From: Eledone cirrhosa
Lineage: Eukaryota
Assembly: GCA_964016885.1 (NCBI GenBank)
Contig: OZ024758.1
Span: forward strand, 2,232,001 to 2,296,000
Direction: 5' to 3'
Length of the DNA: 64,000 nucleotides
Positions 37,411 to 51,176 of this stretch are shown piece by piece (position 1 is the first letter of the stretch; each line of letters starts with the position of its first letter). The notes under the pieces were generated by a model, which had not been told where the DNA came from, ran no database searches, and saw only the letters and a list, made by a program, of their open reading frames with translations. A program made the position numbers and the translations under genes.

Positions 37411-38109
37411 ATAGTGTTAACAGTACAAAAATAGCAGTCAATCTGGTGAACTCTGATTAAATATAATTCTAACAAAAATAATTGGTCCTGTCTTTAAATA
37501 ATATATACTACTGAAAAACTGAATATAGTTTTGAAATAAGCATAAAAAGATGTTTTCAGATCAACCCCTAATCATCTCTGATGGAAATTCTTTGTTGATT
37601 TGTGTTATCTCCTAAATAATGTCTACTGACACTGTTTTCCTTAATGTAACAAAGAAAAGAAAATTTACATTATAAAAAATCTCATGTTTCCGATTCCTGT
37701 AAAGGATAAGAATAGTTAGCATTAAAATTATCTCCAAAATTTTACTTATTCAAACCACTCTGACATTTCTGCTTTTCAGACTCTGTCTAAATACAAAGCT
37801 ATATGAGTTGACTTGTCGTTTACTGAAAAGTTTAGTGCATTTTAGAAATTGGGTTACATTTCTAGATGCTGTTTATATTCTCGAGACTGCAGTTACGCAA
37901 CTTTTACCTTTAACAATTAACAATTAACTATATTTAGAATAAGCCAGTGAAGTCACCTCTATGAAATCAGTTGATTTACTAGAAATAGCAATAAGAGAAT
38001 TATAAAGACTCCAAACATTTCATTGTATATGTCATCTTTTGAAATATTTTAGTTGTACCCAATAATTTTTTTAATGATTCACTTGGTTGCATATGACCAT
38101 GGTTTTGCC

Positions 38110-38718
38110 TAGAAACCTAGAAAGTTTCCCTCCGAGGCACAAGTCCTCCAGGCAAGGTTATTTAAGGAAGACCAGTAGTCACCCATACATACCAGTCTCC
38201 CCTCTTCATGCCACCGATGATGTCCAAGGGAAAGGCAATGACTGATACAGCTTGGCACCAGTGATGTGACAACATATATATACATTATATACATGCTATA
38301 TATACACTTTATACACCATGTATATACATATACATTATATACATGCTATATATACACTTTATACACCATGTATACACTACACTATATATGTTGTCCAAGA
38401 GAAAGGCAATGATCGATACAGCCTGACACCAGTGACGTCATAACACATATACACACTGTATATAGACTATATACACATTATATACACACTATATATATTC
38501 CATATATACACTATCTATGGTGTTGTCCAAAGGAAAGACAAAGGCCGACACAGCTTGGCACCAGTGACGTCGCAACACATTTCTACAGCTGAGTAAACTG
38601 GAGCAACATGAAATAAAGTGTCTTGCTCAAGGACACAACGCATCACCCGGTCCGAGAATCAAACTCACAATCTTCCAATTGCAAGCCTAATGCTCTAACT
38701 ATTAAGCCATGCACCTTC
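38110..38718 (-). mobile_element. CORE-like SINE (SINE-B head, different 3' half) with an internally triplicated segment
   Basis: 38580-38718 is the reverse complement of the SINE-B head/core; tgtccaagggaaaggcaatg...cagcttggcaccagtga repeats at ~38220, ~38392 and ~38525. Confidence 0.8.
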
Positions 38719-39051
38719 ATGATTTAAATTATGTAAAATGGTATCGAATTGAAAAATTTGATTGTCTGTCAGAATAAGCTTATCTATTGAACTGTATCAG
38801 CTACTTTGGGTTGGTTTTATCTGAAAATATTATATAGTCATCACTGGAAATCTATATTTAGAAAAAACAAAACAAAAACAGTTATAAATTTGTTAAAGAT
38901 GGTCTGTTTGTGTTTTAAATAATATTCTTTATTTATTTATTTATTTTATTCTCTATTCACCTTAGTATTAGTAATCTATGTTTCGAAAAATTTATTACAG
39001 TTCAGCTTGTAATGACAATGGTACTATGAGGAGTAGCAGTGATACTAAGAG

Positions 39052-39470
39052 TACAGGTGACTTAAATGAGGTGGAAGAATGGTAATTGGATGTTAGGATG
39101 ATTGCAGAAAAAAAAACCGAGCTTAGATAAAAATGCAGTTCCCAGAATTTTAACAGACCATTTGCACCCGCCAAAAAAATTGTTTCCAAACAAAGCTCTT
39201 TTAATTCGAGAATTTCTGGCAAATGGAAACATTCCCACTCTTCCACATCCTTTCTAGCGCCCAGATATAGCTCCATGTGGTTTCTACTTCTTCCCTAAAT
39301 TGAAATTGAAGAGTCATCATTTAGGGACTGGAAAACATACAAAAAATTGTAACTGAAGAGCTAAGGACACTCATAGAAAATGACTTCCGGTACTGCTACG
39401 ACCAATGGAACAAACATTGGAACCATTGTTTGACTTCGCAGATGAGAGTATGTAATGATAATAAATTTTG
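39052..39470 (+). mobile_element. Decayed mariner transposase fragment
   Basis: IPTLPHPF*RPDIAPCGFYFFPKLK (39231-39305) and ENDFRYCYDQWNKHWNHCLTSQ. Confidence 0.8.
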
Positions 39471-39481
39471 AAATCTGTTAA

Positions 39482-40276
39482 CCCTTTAGCATTTACATTA
39501 CTGGAGGCACATGGCTTAGTGGTTAGAGCATTGGCCTTGCAATCGAAAGGTTGTGAGTTCAATTCTCAGACCAGGTGATGTGTTGTTTCCTTGAGCAAGA
39601 CACTTTATTTCACATTGCTCCAGTTTACTCAGCTGTAGAAATGAGATGATAGGGACTGGGGTCCATATCATTTGACTGCAAAGTGGTCGTGGAGGTGCCA
39701 TGGGAAAAAAAGCTTCCAGCACTCACTGTAAATGAGGTTGGTGTTAAGAAGGGCATCCAGCTGTAGAAATCAAGCCAGAATCAGTTCCCGTCCCACCCTT
39801 GCAAGCAGGGAAAAAGCGGACATAAAATGAAATAATATCTCACATAACATTTACATTACTCTATATATACTATTGTATTTTCATAGTAAAGGCTTTACCT
39901 CACATAATATCTCACATAATATTTACATTATTCTATATATACTATTGTATTTTCATAGTAAAGGCTTTACCTCACATAATATCTCACATGACATTTACAT
40001 TACTCTATATATACTATTGTATTTTCATGGCAAAGTCTTTATTTTACATAAATATCTCACATAACATTTACATTACTCTATATATACTATTGTATTTTCT
40101 TGGTAAATGCTTTATCTTACATAATTATTTCACATAATATTGAATCTACAAGATTTTGATGTTATTTATTTTGAGTACAATACCAAACATAAGTATGGGC
40201 AACTGGTTATGGCCGGTTTGAACAGCAAAAGGTGAGAGAACATTGGCCAGATATGGCCGGTTCAAATATTAAAAGG
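39482..40276 (-). mobile_element. piggyBac-type MITE with internal 72-bp units, interrupted by SINE-B
   Basis: TTAA at 39478-39481 and 40277-40280; tandem units ~39831-40140. Confidence 0.88.
39503..39830 (+). mobile_element. SINE-B, full length
   Basis: Near-identical to 7466-7804. Confidence 0.92.
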
Positions 40277-40995
40277 TTAAGTTACAAACCTTTTATTAAT
40301 GCTGGGCAGTTTTTTTTTTAAATTTCAGTAATGACTATTTTTTAATCTGTCAAATAAAAATGTTTCATAAACAATAATAATTAAGGAAAATCCTTGAATT
40401 TTATTGATTTTTAATTCCTACTTAGTCAATGAAAACCTAGAATAACTCAAGAAAAGTAGGGTTTATATTACAGAATATCATTTATTTCAATTCAAGGTTG
40501 CACATTTTCAATAATTATAGGTTAGTTTTGACAGATTACATACTGATATTTGATATAGTCTCATTAATAGAGTATTAGTAGTTCTGGTGGTTAAGAAGGA
40601 CTTGAGAATGTTGACATGTGAATTAGAAATTCAACTTGTGTCTTGAAGTTATTTTCCTTGTCATCATTTTCTCCAGAGTATCACTGTGAAATATTATCCC
40701 TGGGATGATTCCCCTGTAAAATGTTAGTCACCATCATCATCACCACACCACCACCATCACTATCATCACTATCACCACCACCACCACCACCTACAGCTGG
40801 ATGCCCTCCCTTATGCCAACCTCATTTACAGTGAGTACTGGGTGCTTTTTGTTGCAAGCAGGGAAAAGTGGACATAAAATGATGATGATGTATGTGCACA
40901 TGCAGACACAAACTGGTATGAACTACTGGTGCAGCATATAGTTTTAAAATAAGTATAAATAAGTTGTTGGATATGGTCATCTTTCACTCTCCATT

Positions 40996-41380
40996 TCATC
41001 ATCTTCAACATTTAATGTCCATTTTTCCATGCTAGAATTGGTTAGATGAGTTATCCTGTTGTGAGAATTGACAGATCAGGTGACTATGTCTTGGTCATAC
41101 AGAACTGTTTTGGGCCTAGTTTCTACAGCTGGATGCCCTCCGTTATGCCAACCACATTTACAGTGAGTACTGGGTGCTTTTTTGTTGTGACACCGACACA
41201 ACCACTTTACAGTGTGGACTGGGTGTTTTTTGCTGTGTCACCAACACGACCACTTTACAGTATGGGCTGGGTGTTTTTTGCTGTGTCACCGACACAACTA
41301 CTTTACAGTGTACGGTGGGCACTTTTTGTTGTGCCACCAACAAGACACTTTGCAATGAAGGCTGGGGAGTTTGGTAGGTG
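40996..41380 (-). mobile_element. RTE-tailed retroposon 3' fragment with ~45-bp internal repeats
   Basis: Tail, tttctacagctggatgccc, and 4 copies of tttacagtgtg..ctgggtg..ttttt..tgtg.cacc; related copies at 42448-42607 (+), 46224-46392 (-) and 59270-59443 (+). Confidence 0.8.
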
Positions 41381-44300
41381 AGATATTTATTTAATTGCAA
41401 TACAACACAAGAAATCCAGTCTAAGGTCTGAGAGTTTGTGAGAAGCTGCTTCTGATATATTCAGGATAAATGAGATTATTTCTCAATTTAGTTATTTTAA
41501 TAAGGTACAAAAACATTGATTTGAAAACTACATTATCTACTTATATTTTCTAGCATGTTAACATGTTTAGCAAACACTAGTTTTATTTTTATTCTGTGTT
41601 AAGATATTGAATGATTAAGATATATTTTCCCTTCACCTGTCTGTGTGTCACCACTTAATATTCTACAATGGTTTTGTTTTTTATCAGATGTGTGTATAGA
41701 TAAACTCATTTACTATAAGTATGTGCTTTAAGTTAGATGTTTTGTAAGTTATGTGAAAAGTGTTATTGATTTCCTTTGACAGGGTGCAAAGCTGTTATTT
41801 AAAGGAGAAAAGTATATAATTAATTGAACTGTTCACAGTATATTAATTAGTTTTACTCATTTTATTGAATCTAGTTACACAATGGGAAGAATTGACTGTA
41901 GTAAGATTTGAATTGAGATATAGCAATGGCAGTGCCCCAGCATAGCCACAGCCTGTCTACTGGGATATGTAATAGAGTAACAGAGTAATATACAAGTGAA
42001 ATATTGTAAGGTCTAGCATTCAGTCCAGCCCTCCACTATTTCTGTTAATTTACTAGAAATGCTCCTATCTGCTTAAACCTGTTCATTACTATATTTCTAA
42101 TTAACTCTTTAGCATATAAATTGCTCTATATTTACTTTTGCTAATGCGGTTTCATGTGGTACAGGATGTTAAGAGTTAATTTATTTCATGAGGTTCAGTT
42201 ATTTTATTTAGCTATTTTAAATCTGTCATATTTCCTTTTATATGAGTAATTAAGAAAAATGAATAATTTAGTTGTGAGAAGGTGTTTTTTTATGACTTGT
42301 ATATATATTTTTAATTTAATGCTAATAAATGCTCGGATTTATCCCTTAGAATATTTGAGCTTATTCTACAGGTGGTATGGCATATCTTTTTGATATTCTC
42401 AGACATGACACCCTTAATTTAATTTTGGTTATATATATATATATATAATCCACACAGTAAACGTGGTTGGTGTTAGGAAGGGCATCCAACCGTAGAAAAC
42501 CTGCCAGACAGTCCTATACGAACAAGACAACCAATCTTGCCTCAAGTGGGACAATTCCCATCTAGACCCATGCTAGCGTGGAGGATAGACGTTAAATGAT
42601 GATGATAATATAGAGAGGAAAAAAACAAGTTCGAACTTGTAACGGCATGTAAACACCGATTGCGTAGGTCTTACCTCGCCCTCAAACCCCCTCATGACCC
42701 GGGTGGGTAAACAACAGCTGAAACATCCTTCTTTTCCCCACTTGCCGAACAAGATAGAAGAAACCCCAGCATACATAGGTAGATGTACTTCTTTCTTTTT
42801 CCCTCTTTCTCGTCTTCCTTCCACTTCCTCTCCTCTTCCTTTTCCTTTTTCCTCTTTCCGCTTTTGCCTACCCTGAGGCAGCCCGTTGGGCTTCTGTAGC
42901 CTTAGTACCCCCACTCCCAGTAAATTATATATAACATTGGCTGAAAATGCAATACCAGCTAAAAATATAGCAGCTGCTTTAGACTCTATACATTTTTTTT
43001 ATTATTCTTTACGATTTCTCACTATTTAATTTTTGTATTATTTTTATTACCTTTTAATCCCAAATTTTTTCTTGTAAGTGATTCATATTGATACAGCAAT
43101 TGGAGAATCTAATAATTATATTTTATATAAAAAAAAATAACAAACATTACAAGAAATCCCATATTTACGAACTTTACGAACGTACACTACACAATTACTG
43201 ATCCCCCCACCCTGTTTATTCCAACCTTCTCACCCACGCGCTTATAAGAATTTAAGCAAATGTCCACCCCTAGCTTCTCCCCTTCCAGTTACCCCCCCCC
43301 CCCCCCCCCATTATTTGGCAGCTGAGAGTATATTTAATTTAAAACAACTTAGTTTGACACCTTTCTGTGAATGACATTTAAATCAGCATTCCACCCTCTC
43401 ATGTTGTTTTCTTCTTTTTAGTTCTAGAAGCTGTGACTAGGTGTGTTAGTCTTTGATTACAGGTATCTTAATGTTTGGCACTAATTCACCTTTGAAAATT
43501 TATATTTATTTGTTACAAAAGAAGTATGATAGTGTTGGTTCTGACACCTGTGGAACTGCTTTCTCCTTAGAAGATTTGTTTAGAAGAGACAATCATGGTG
43601 GGTGGGCGAGGGTGGAGTGACTTTAGAGAAGTTAGCTTTGTAACCACTTGGTTTTAGGTTTGATTCCACCACCTATGATGCCCTGGGCAAGAATCTATAG
43701 ACAGGCTGGCTATTATCTTGTGTACTTGTGCATGAAATTGATGGAAACTGTCTTATATAATATATCATAGAACGAGTTTAGTATAAATAATTACAACAGT
43801 GACATAAACAGGTCCTCAAGTTTCGTTGGGTTCTGGGCCTGTCATGCAGGGAAAAGCGGACACAAAATGATGATGATGATGATCATGATGAAGTAAGACG
43901 GTTACATTAGTTCATCCCTATTTATTTCATTATACGTATTTCTTGAACTACCTTTTATTTCCTGTACCTAACCTTTGTGATCCTGTCTCTACTTTTTGTA
44001 CTCCTGAAGAAGGACTTAAGCCTGACACGTCAAACTTTCTTTCCCTTTTCCATATAAAGTGTGAAACTAAGACTTTTTGTACCTCTGTTGTTTCCTTGAA
44101 CTATATATATATATATGATGATATATATATATAGGTTAGGCCACCCTTTAGAACTTGAAACATTTGGTGTTCATTTGAAAGATCTTGAGTTTTCTGAAAG
44201 AAATGCCCTCACTGCTTCATTTCTTCATTTATTCTATTGAGATGTCAATACAAAATAATGACTAATCAACTTTGGTTTTCATTCTTATTAAACTAGAACT

Positions 44301-44830
44301 GTTCAAAGAATCTATTTGTGTATGTTGTCTGTGATACCACAAATAGTCTAATTGGTTGAGTATTGGACATACAAACAAGAGGTTGGTGATTGATGTCCTG
44401 TTACTAAGTACTGTGTTGTGTTCATAGGCAAGACACTTAACTGTGACTAGCCAAGTCGACCTAGCTGTAAATAGTTCCCACACAATTCACTGCTGTAATC
44501 AAGAGCAATTCTGTGAAATTGATGAGTATTTCATTGACTTCTTCTGCTGTATTTAACTCATCTTATGTCTGGACAGAAGAGGTGTGAGGTAATGTATTTT
44601 CTATAAATCAATAGCTATTGATGGTTACTGCCGAACATAAAGTTTTAACTAATTTGTTCAATTGAATAAGAAGAATGTTGAATGCCCTTGTAAACACCGA
44701 GAGCAAAATATCTCACTTCTTTATCACTTTATTATGTTTGTTGTTCAGTAAGACTATTTTTTTTATTGAATCATTCATGCAAGTCTTACATGAAAAATAG
44801 ATTTTGCAAGTTATTACATAAATACCCAAT

Positions 44831-44920
44831 ATTTTCATGCCACCCCTTACCTATGGTCATGAATCTTGAGTAATGAGTGAAAGAATACAAGCGGCCGAAA
44901 TGGGATTCCTGTGAGGGGTC
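44831..44920 (+). mobile_element. Expander/Rex3-like RTE fragment
   Basis: IFMPPLTYGHES*VMSERIQAAEMGFL*GV. Confidence 0.75.
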
Positions 44921-45056
44921 TTTTGAGGAACTTCACTAGTTAGTAATCAACTGATATTCTGCTTTTACCATCATTATTTCATTGAAAACTAAACAATAAT
45001 TAATTTCTTCTTCATTAAGGTAGAGCTGTTCCAACTTTGACTATGTAATATTATTA

Positions 45057-45292
45057 GTTAACTTTGCCTTTCATCCTTACGGGGGTCAATAAAATAAAGT
45101 ACCAGTAATACACTGGGATAATTGCTGGCCTTGTGCCAAAAGTAGAAACAATTATTAGTATAAGGGCGGTGGATTGGCAGTATCAGTAGAGAGTCGGACG
45201 CCATGCTTTGCAGCATAGTTACGTCCCTTTACGGACTGAGTTCAAATCCCGCCGAAGTTAACTAACTGTGCCAAAAGTAGAAACAATTATTA
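45057..45292 (+). mobile_element. Two adjacent SINE-A pieces (3' half, then an internally deleted copy)
   Basis: Match to 2367-2553. Confidence 0.88.
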
Positions 45293-45619
45293 GATATATA
45301 TTTACTGAAGGGTTAAATGTTGTATTGAAATACAGGCCTTGTATTTCATTAGAACTATAGCTAATGAAGGGTTAAATGTTGTACTGAAATATAGGCCTTG
45401 TACTGAAGGGTTAAATGTTCATTATATTTTAATGTCAGGATGTAGATAAACATATATTTCTAGCAGAGAAGAATATATAGTTGATAAATTGGATAAAAAG
45501 CTCTTCAAAGATAACATTTTGTTAGTCAAGTCAGAATAATTTTAATTTCATTTTAGATGCTTCATATGATATTTGATGTTGAGTTTAAAAAATGATATAT
45601 TCTCCAGCGTTTGTCTTCA

Positions 45620-45655
<36 letters not shown>

Positions 45656-45789
45656 AACCTGCAGTGTGTATGTGTGTGCCTGTGTGTGTGTATGTACCTA
45701 AGTGTGATTGTGTGCAAGTCTGTGTGAGTGTCTGTGTGTGTGTGCACATCAGTGTGATTGTGTCTGTGTGCCTGTGTATGTGTGTGTGT

Positions 45790-45826
<37 letters not shown>

Positions 45827-46581
45827 CGTGCCTCAGTGTGATAATGTGTGTGCCAGTGTGAGTATGTATAAATACATGTGTGTATACCTATGTGTGTACA
45901 CCTGTATGTGTGTATGTATGTGTGTGTGTGTGTGTGGATTGTTATTTCAATATTTATATTAGATAACTGATATAAGATATCAATATTTATTGAATAACAA
46001 AATCTGTAACTCTTTGTTTTATCATATTTTCATAACATTTCTGTACTGTGGTATCAAGGTAGAGGCTGAGAGAATATCACATACATTTAATATAATACTG
46101 CCATGTTTATTGCTATCTCTCTTTGGAAGGACCCCCCCCCCCCTCTCTGTATATATATATATATATGTAAGATTCAACTAACAGAAACCGATTACTATTA
46201 TAACCTGTGTATATATATATATATATCATCATCATCACTGTTTTACGCCCGTTCTTCCACGCTAGCATGGGTTAGACGGGTTGTCCTGTTGTGGGCAGTG
46301 TCCGGTCGGCTGACCTTTTCTTGCTCATACAGGAACTGATTCTGGCTTGGTTTCTACAGCTGGATGCCCTTCCTAACACCAACCTCATTTACAAATTTGG
46401 CCATACCTCCAGAAACCAAGAGGCATCAAAATAGTGACTTTTCTTCTGAGGGTATGGTCAAATTTGGGCCTTGAAACATTGGCTAGAATCTTTGTTCCAT
46501 GTAGTAACATAGATAAATAATATAATGTTTCTGCTCTCTTATACACAGCAACAAAAAGAATTCAAAATGCTGCTGCTGTGG

Positions 46582-46636
<55 letters not shown>

Positions 46637-47009
46637 TGTGTGTGTGATCATGGCTGCATACAAACTTTTTTACATAAATCATGAATAGACACATAGACAG
46701 ACACACAGACAGAGAGGCAATTTAGTTCAGTCCTGTTTGACCAGCTTGTTGACCTTATCAGAATGAAATAAATGTAACTAGAATAAACAGAACCATGGAA
46801 GATTAGTTTATGTTACATCCATGCTTTGATTATTCATATTAACTGACATTCACATGACCTTAGCCTTGTACACCGTTTCTCTTCAGTTGAGATTTTGTTG
46901 GCATTTCCTGTTCTATTTACTCCTAAACAAATCCCAGTCTCTTACAGGGTCATTCAATATGCTATAAATAACAGTCAAATCTCCCTCAAATCACACCCTG
47001 CAGCCTTAA

Positions 47010-48447
47010 CCCTTTAGCATTTAAACCGGCCATATCCGGCCAGATTTCTCTCACCTTTTTCTGTTCAAACCGGCTGTAACTGGCCACTCATACTGATGTT
47101 AAATAAATATCATCAAAATCTCATAGGTTCGATATTATGTGAGGTAAAGCCTTTACTGTGAAAATACAACAGTATATATAGAGTAATGTAGATATTATGA
47201 GAGATATTATGAGGTAAAGCCTTTACCGTGAAAATACAATAGTATATATAGAGTAATGTAGATATTATGTGAGGTAAAGCCTTTACTGTGAAAATACAAT
47301 AGTATATATAGAGTAATGTAGATATTATGTGAGATATTATGTGAGGTAAAGCCTTTACTATGAAAATACAATAGTATATATAGAGTAATGTAGATATTAT
47401 GTGAGATATTATGTGAGGTAAAGCCTTTACTGTGAAAATACAATAGTATATATATAGAGTAATATAAATGTTATGTAAGATATTATGTGAGGTAAAGCCT
47501 TTACTGTGACAATACAATAGTATATATAGAGTAATATAAATGTTATGTAAGATATTATGTGAGGTAAAGCCTTTACTGTGAAAATACAATAGTATATATA
47601 GAGTAATGTAGATATTATGTGAGATATTATGTGAGGTAAAGCCTTTACTGTGAAAATACAATAGTATATATAGAGTAATGTAGATATTATGTGAGATATG
47701 TGAGGTAAAGCCTTTACTGTGAAAATACAATAGTATATATAGAGTAATGTAGATATTATGTGAGATATTATGTGAGGTAAAGCCTTTACTATGAAAATAC
47801 AATAGTATATATAGAGTAATGTAGATATTATGTGAGGTAAAGCCTTTACTGTGAAAATACAATAGTATATATAGAGTAATGTAGATATTATGAGATATTA
47901 TGTGAGGTAAAGCCTTTACTGTGAAAATACAATAGTATATATAGAGTAATATAAATGTTATGTAAGATATTATGTGAGGTAAAGCCTTTACTGTGACAAT
48001 ACAATAGTATATATAGAGTAATATAAATGTTATGTAAGATATTATGTGAGGTAAAGCCTTTACTGTGAAAATACAATAGTATATATAGAGTAATGTAGAT
48101 ATTATGTGAGATATTATGTGAGGTAAAGCCTTTACTGTGAAAATACAATAGTATATATAGAGTAATGTAGATATTATGTGAGATATGTGAGGTAAAGCCT
48201 TTACTGTGAAAATACAATAGTATATATAGAGTAATGTAGATATTATGTGAGATATTATGTGAGGTAAAGCCTTTACTATGAAAATACAATAGTATATATA
48301 GAGTAATGTAGATATTATGTGAGGTAAAGCCTTTACTATGAAAATACAATAGTATATATAGAGTAATGTAGATATTATGTGAGATATTATGTGAGGTAAA
48401 GCCTTTACTATGAAAATACAATAGTATATATAGAGTAATGTAAAGGG
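47010..48447 (+). mobile_element. piggyBac-type MITE expanded by a ~1.3-kb internal array of 60-72-bp units
   Basis: TTAA 47006-47009 | ccctttagcattta; ~19 units over ~47132-48443; taaaggg | TTAA 48448-48451. Confidence 0.95.
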
Positions 48448-48814
48448 TTAAAGACACTAGTGTGTGGTTTGAGGAAGATTATTTTGCCATTTTCAGCAGA
48501 TCAAGCAGCTGTGTAGAGTTTCCTTGATTGGTACACATTTCCTATGGTCTTTGAAGTTGTCATATTTAGAAATGTGGACAGAGATAAATGGATATTTAAC
48601 TAAGTTATGAAGTTCAAAATAACAATAATTCTTTGATAATTTCCTCATTCCATATATCTTGAAATATTGGTGAATTATTACAATTGATAATGAGAAGAAA
48701 AGAATGGTGTTAGTGTCTTGTGACAATTGGTTTAAGTGTATTTATTTGTAGGAGTTAGTCCAAGTCTGAACTAGTTAAGAAGTTTGCATGTCATAAAAGG
48801 GCCATTATTTGGTG

Positions 48815-49866
48815 TCATCATCATCATCATTTAACGTCTATCTTCCACGCTAGCATGGGTTTAGACGGGAATTGTCCCACTTGAGGCAAGATTGGTTGTC
48901 TTGCTCGTATAGGACTGTCTGGCAGGTTTTCTATGGCTGAATGCCCTTCCTAACACCAACCACGTTTACAGTGTGGACTGGGAGGTTTTTACTATGTTAC
49001 CTACACGGCCACATTACAGTGTGGACTGTGTTTTTTTTGTCGAGACACCTACATGACTTCATTTATTTAGGACTGGATGTTGTGGTACCAACATAACTTT
49101 ACAGTTGGTGTAGATAGGTGTGGGGGTAAGGGTAGTGGGATGGGGGTGTATTTTTGGTTAAGAGGTGCCTACTGACTATAGATTTCGCTTTGTACATAGG
49201 CAAGGCGGGTCTTCTGTATTACTGTGTAGCGCCAAAGATCTCGGTCCAGTGACATTGTCTTGGAGAGGTGCAAGTGTGTAAGGTCGGAATTTATCAAATC
49301 GTCCCATGTTTTTCTGGGTCTGCCTACTCCGTAGCTACCATCTATTTTGATCGCCCCGCACTTTTTTATACAGCTGTCGTCTTTCATGCGCATCACGTAA
49401 CTATACCAACGTAGTCTTCTCTCGAGTAAACAGCATCTGATCCTTCTTATTCCTAATTTCTCACTTAGTTCATTTATGCTTTGCCGTTCATGTATATTAC
49501 TATTACACATCCAGCGGAGCATGTAAGCTTCGTTCCTTTCCAGCCTACGTAGATCCTCTGCACACAATGCCCATGTCTCACTGCTATGCAACATTGCTGT
49601 TCGTATGCAGGCATCATACAGTCTGCTTTCATTTTTAGAGAGAAACCTTTAGCAGCCAATAGTGGTATAAGCTCTCTGAACTTTTTCCATCCCGTTCTGA
49701 CTGTAGCTACAGTACTTTCAGAGCACCCTCCACCACTGCTGATTTTGTCACCCAGGTAACGGAAGGTGTCCACTATTTCTATAGAACCATCTGGGCAATA
49801 GAAGGAGTTAGTATCCTGTGGGCACTTGCTACTACCTATTGCACCTGAGCACCGGCTACATATAAA
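48815..49866 (-). mobile_element. RTE-b LINE, 5'-truncated (RT C-terminal part, 3'UTR, tail)
   Basis: DTFRYLGDKIS...VRTGWKKFRELIPLL; after a frameshift MLHSSETWAL...LERNE..MLRWM...RRLRWYSYVMR...GRPRKTW; (GAT)n tail. Confidence 0.93.
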
Positions 49867-49892
49867 AATGTATGTGTAAAAGAGATAATTAG

Positions 49893-49964
49893 TCAGATAG
49901 ATGGTATTAACAGATGGTATTAACAGATGGTATTAACAGATGGTATTAACAGATGGTATTAACA
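49893..49964. repeat. 13-bp minisatellite (cagatggtattaa)n, ~5 copies
   Basis: Read directly from the sequence. Confidence 0.9.
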
Positions 49965-50631
49965 GTATTGTGAGTGGAATGTGGTGGATGTGAATGAAGA
50001 AATCAATGTAGACTACTTGTGATAACTATTAAATAATAGACATTGTCATCACCACCACCACCATCACCACCATCACCACCATCACCAGCATCACCACCAC
50101 CACCACCACCACCACCACCATCACCACCACTACCACCACTATCATCAACACCACCACCACCACTACCATCAACGCCACCACCATCACCACCAGCATCACC
50201 ACCATCACCAGCATCACCACCACCACCACCATCACCACCACCACCACTAAGTTACAATCAAGTTAGTAAACTATTCAGTGTCAAGGTCACCACCATTTCT
50301 ACTTCACATAAATACAATATTAACATTGTTACTAACCAAAAAACTAATACAACACGTTACTCTTTCTCTCTCTCTCTTTCCTTCTTTATTTGATTCTCTC
50401 TCTATTTCTTTCTCTTTCTTTCTTTCTTTCTTTCTTTCTTTATCTCTTTCTTTCCTTTGTTTCTTTATCTTTTTCATTCTCCCTCCCCTTCCTTTCATTC
50501 TCCCTTTCTTTCCTTCTCTTTCTCTTAAATCTTGTTTTCTAGAAGTAATCCTTTCTCAACACGTCATAAAATCTATATTAAATTACTTATATTACTTGAT
50601 GGTTAAACCATGTTTCAAAAACAATATATAT

Positions 50632-51176
50632 ATCATCATCATCATCGTTTAACGTCTATCTTCCACGCTTGCATGGGTTTGGACGGGAATTTTCCCACTT
50701 GAGGCAAGATTGGTTGTCTTGCTCGTATAGGACTGTCTGGCGGGTTTTCTACGGCTGGATGCCCTTCCTAACACCAACCACATTTACAGCGTGGACTGGG
50801 AGCTTTTTACCGTGTTACCTACACGGCCACATTACAGCATGGACTGTGTGTTTTTTTGTCGTGACACCTACACGACCTCATTTGTTTCGGACTGGATGTT
50901 GTGGTACCAACATAACTTTACATTGGAAGGGGTGGTGTGGATGGGGTGGGGGTAGTGGGGCCGGGGTGTATTTTTGTTAGAGGTGCATACTGACTGTAGG
51001 TTTCGCTTTGTACGTAGGCAAGGCGGGTCTTCTGTATTACTGTGTAGCGCCAAAGATCTCGGTCCAGTGACATTGTCTTGGAGAGGTGTAAGTGTGTGAG
51101 GTCGGAATTTATCAAGTCGTCCCAGGTTTTTCTGGGTCTGCCTACTCCGTGACTACCGTCTATTTTTATCGCCCTG

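Noticed and set aside
47113-48457. 249-aa and 189-aa ORFs (YFHSKGFTSHNI repeats)
   Set aside because: These are translations of the MITE-internal 60-72-bp tandem units, with frameshifts between blocks.
50043-50393. Proline-rich (extensin- or formin-like) ORF
   Set aside because: (CAC/CAT)n microsatellite with no splice signals or non-repetitive domain.
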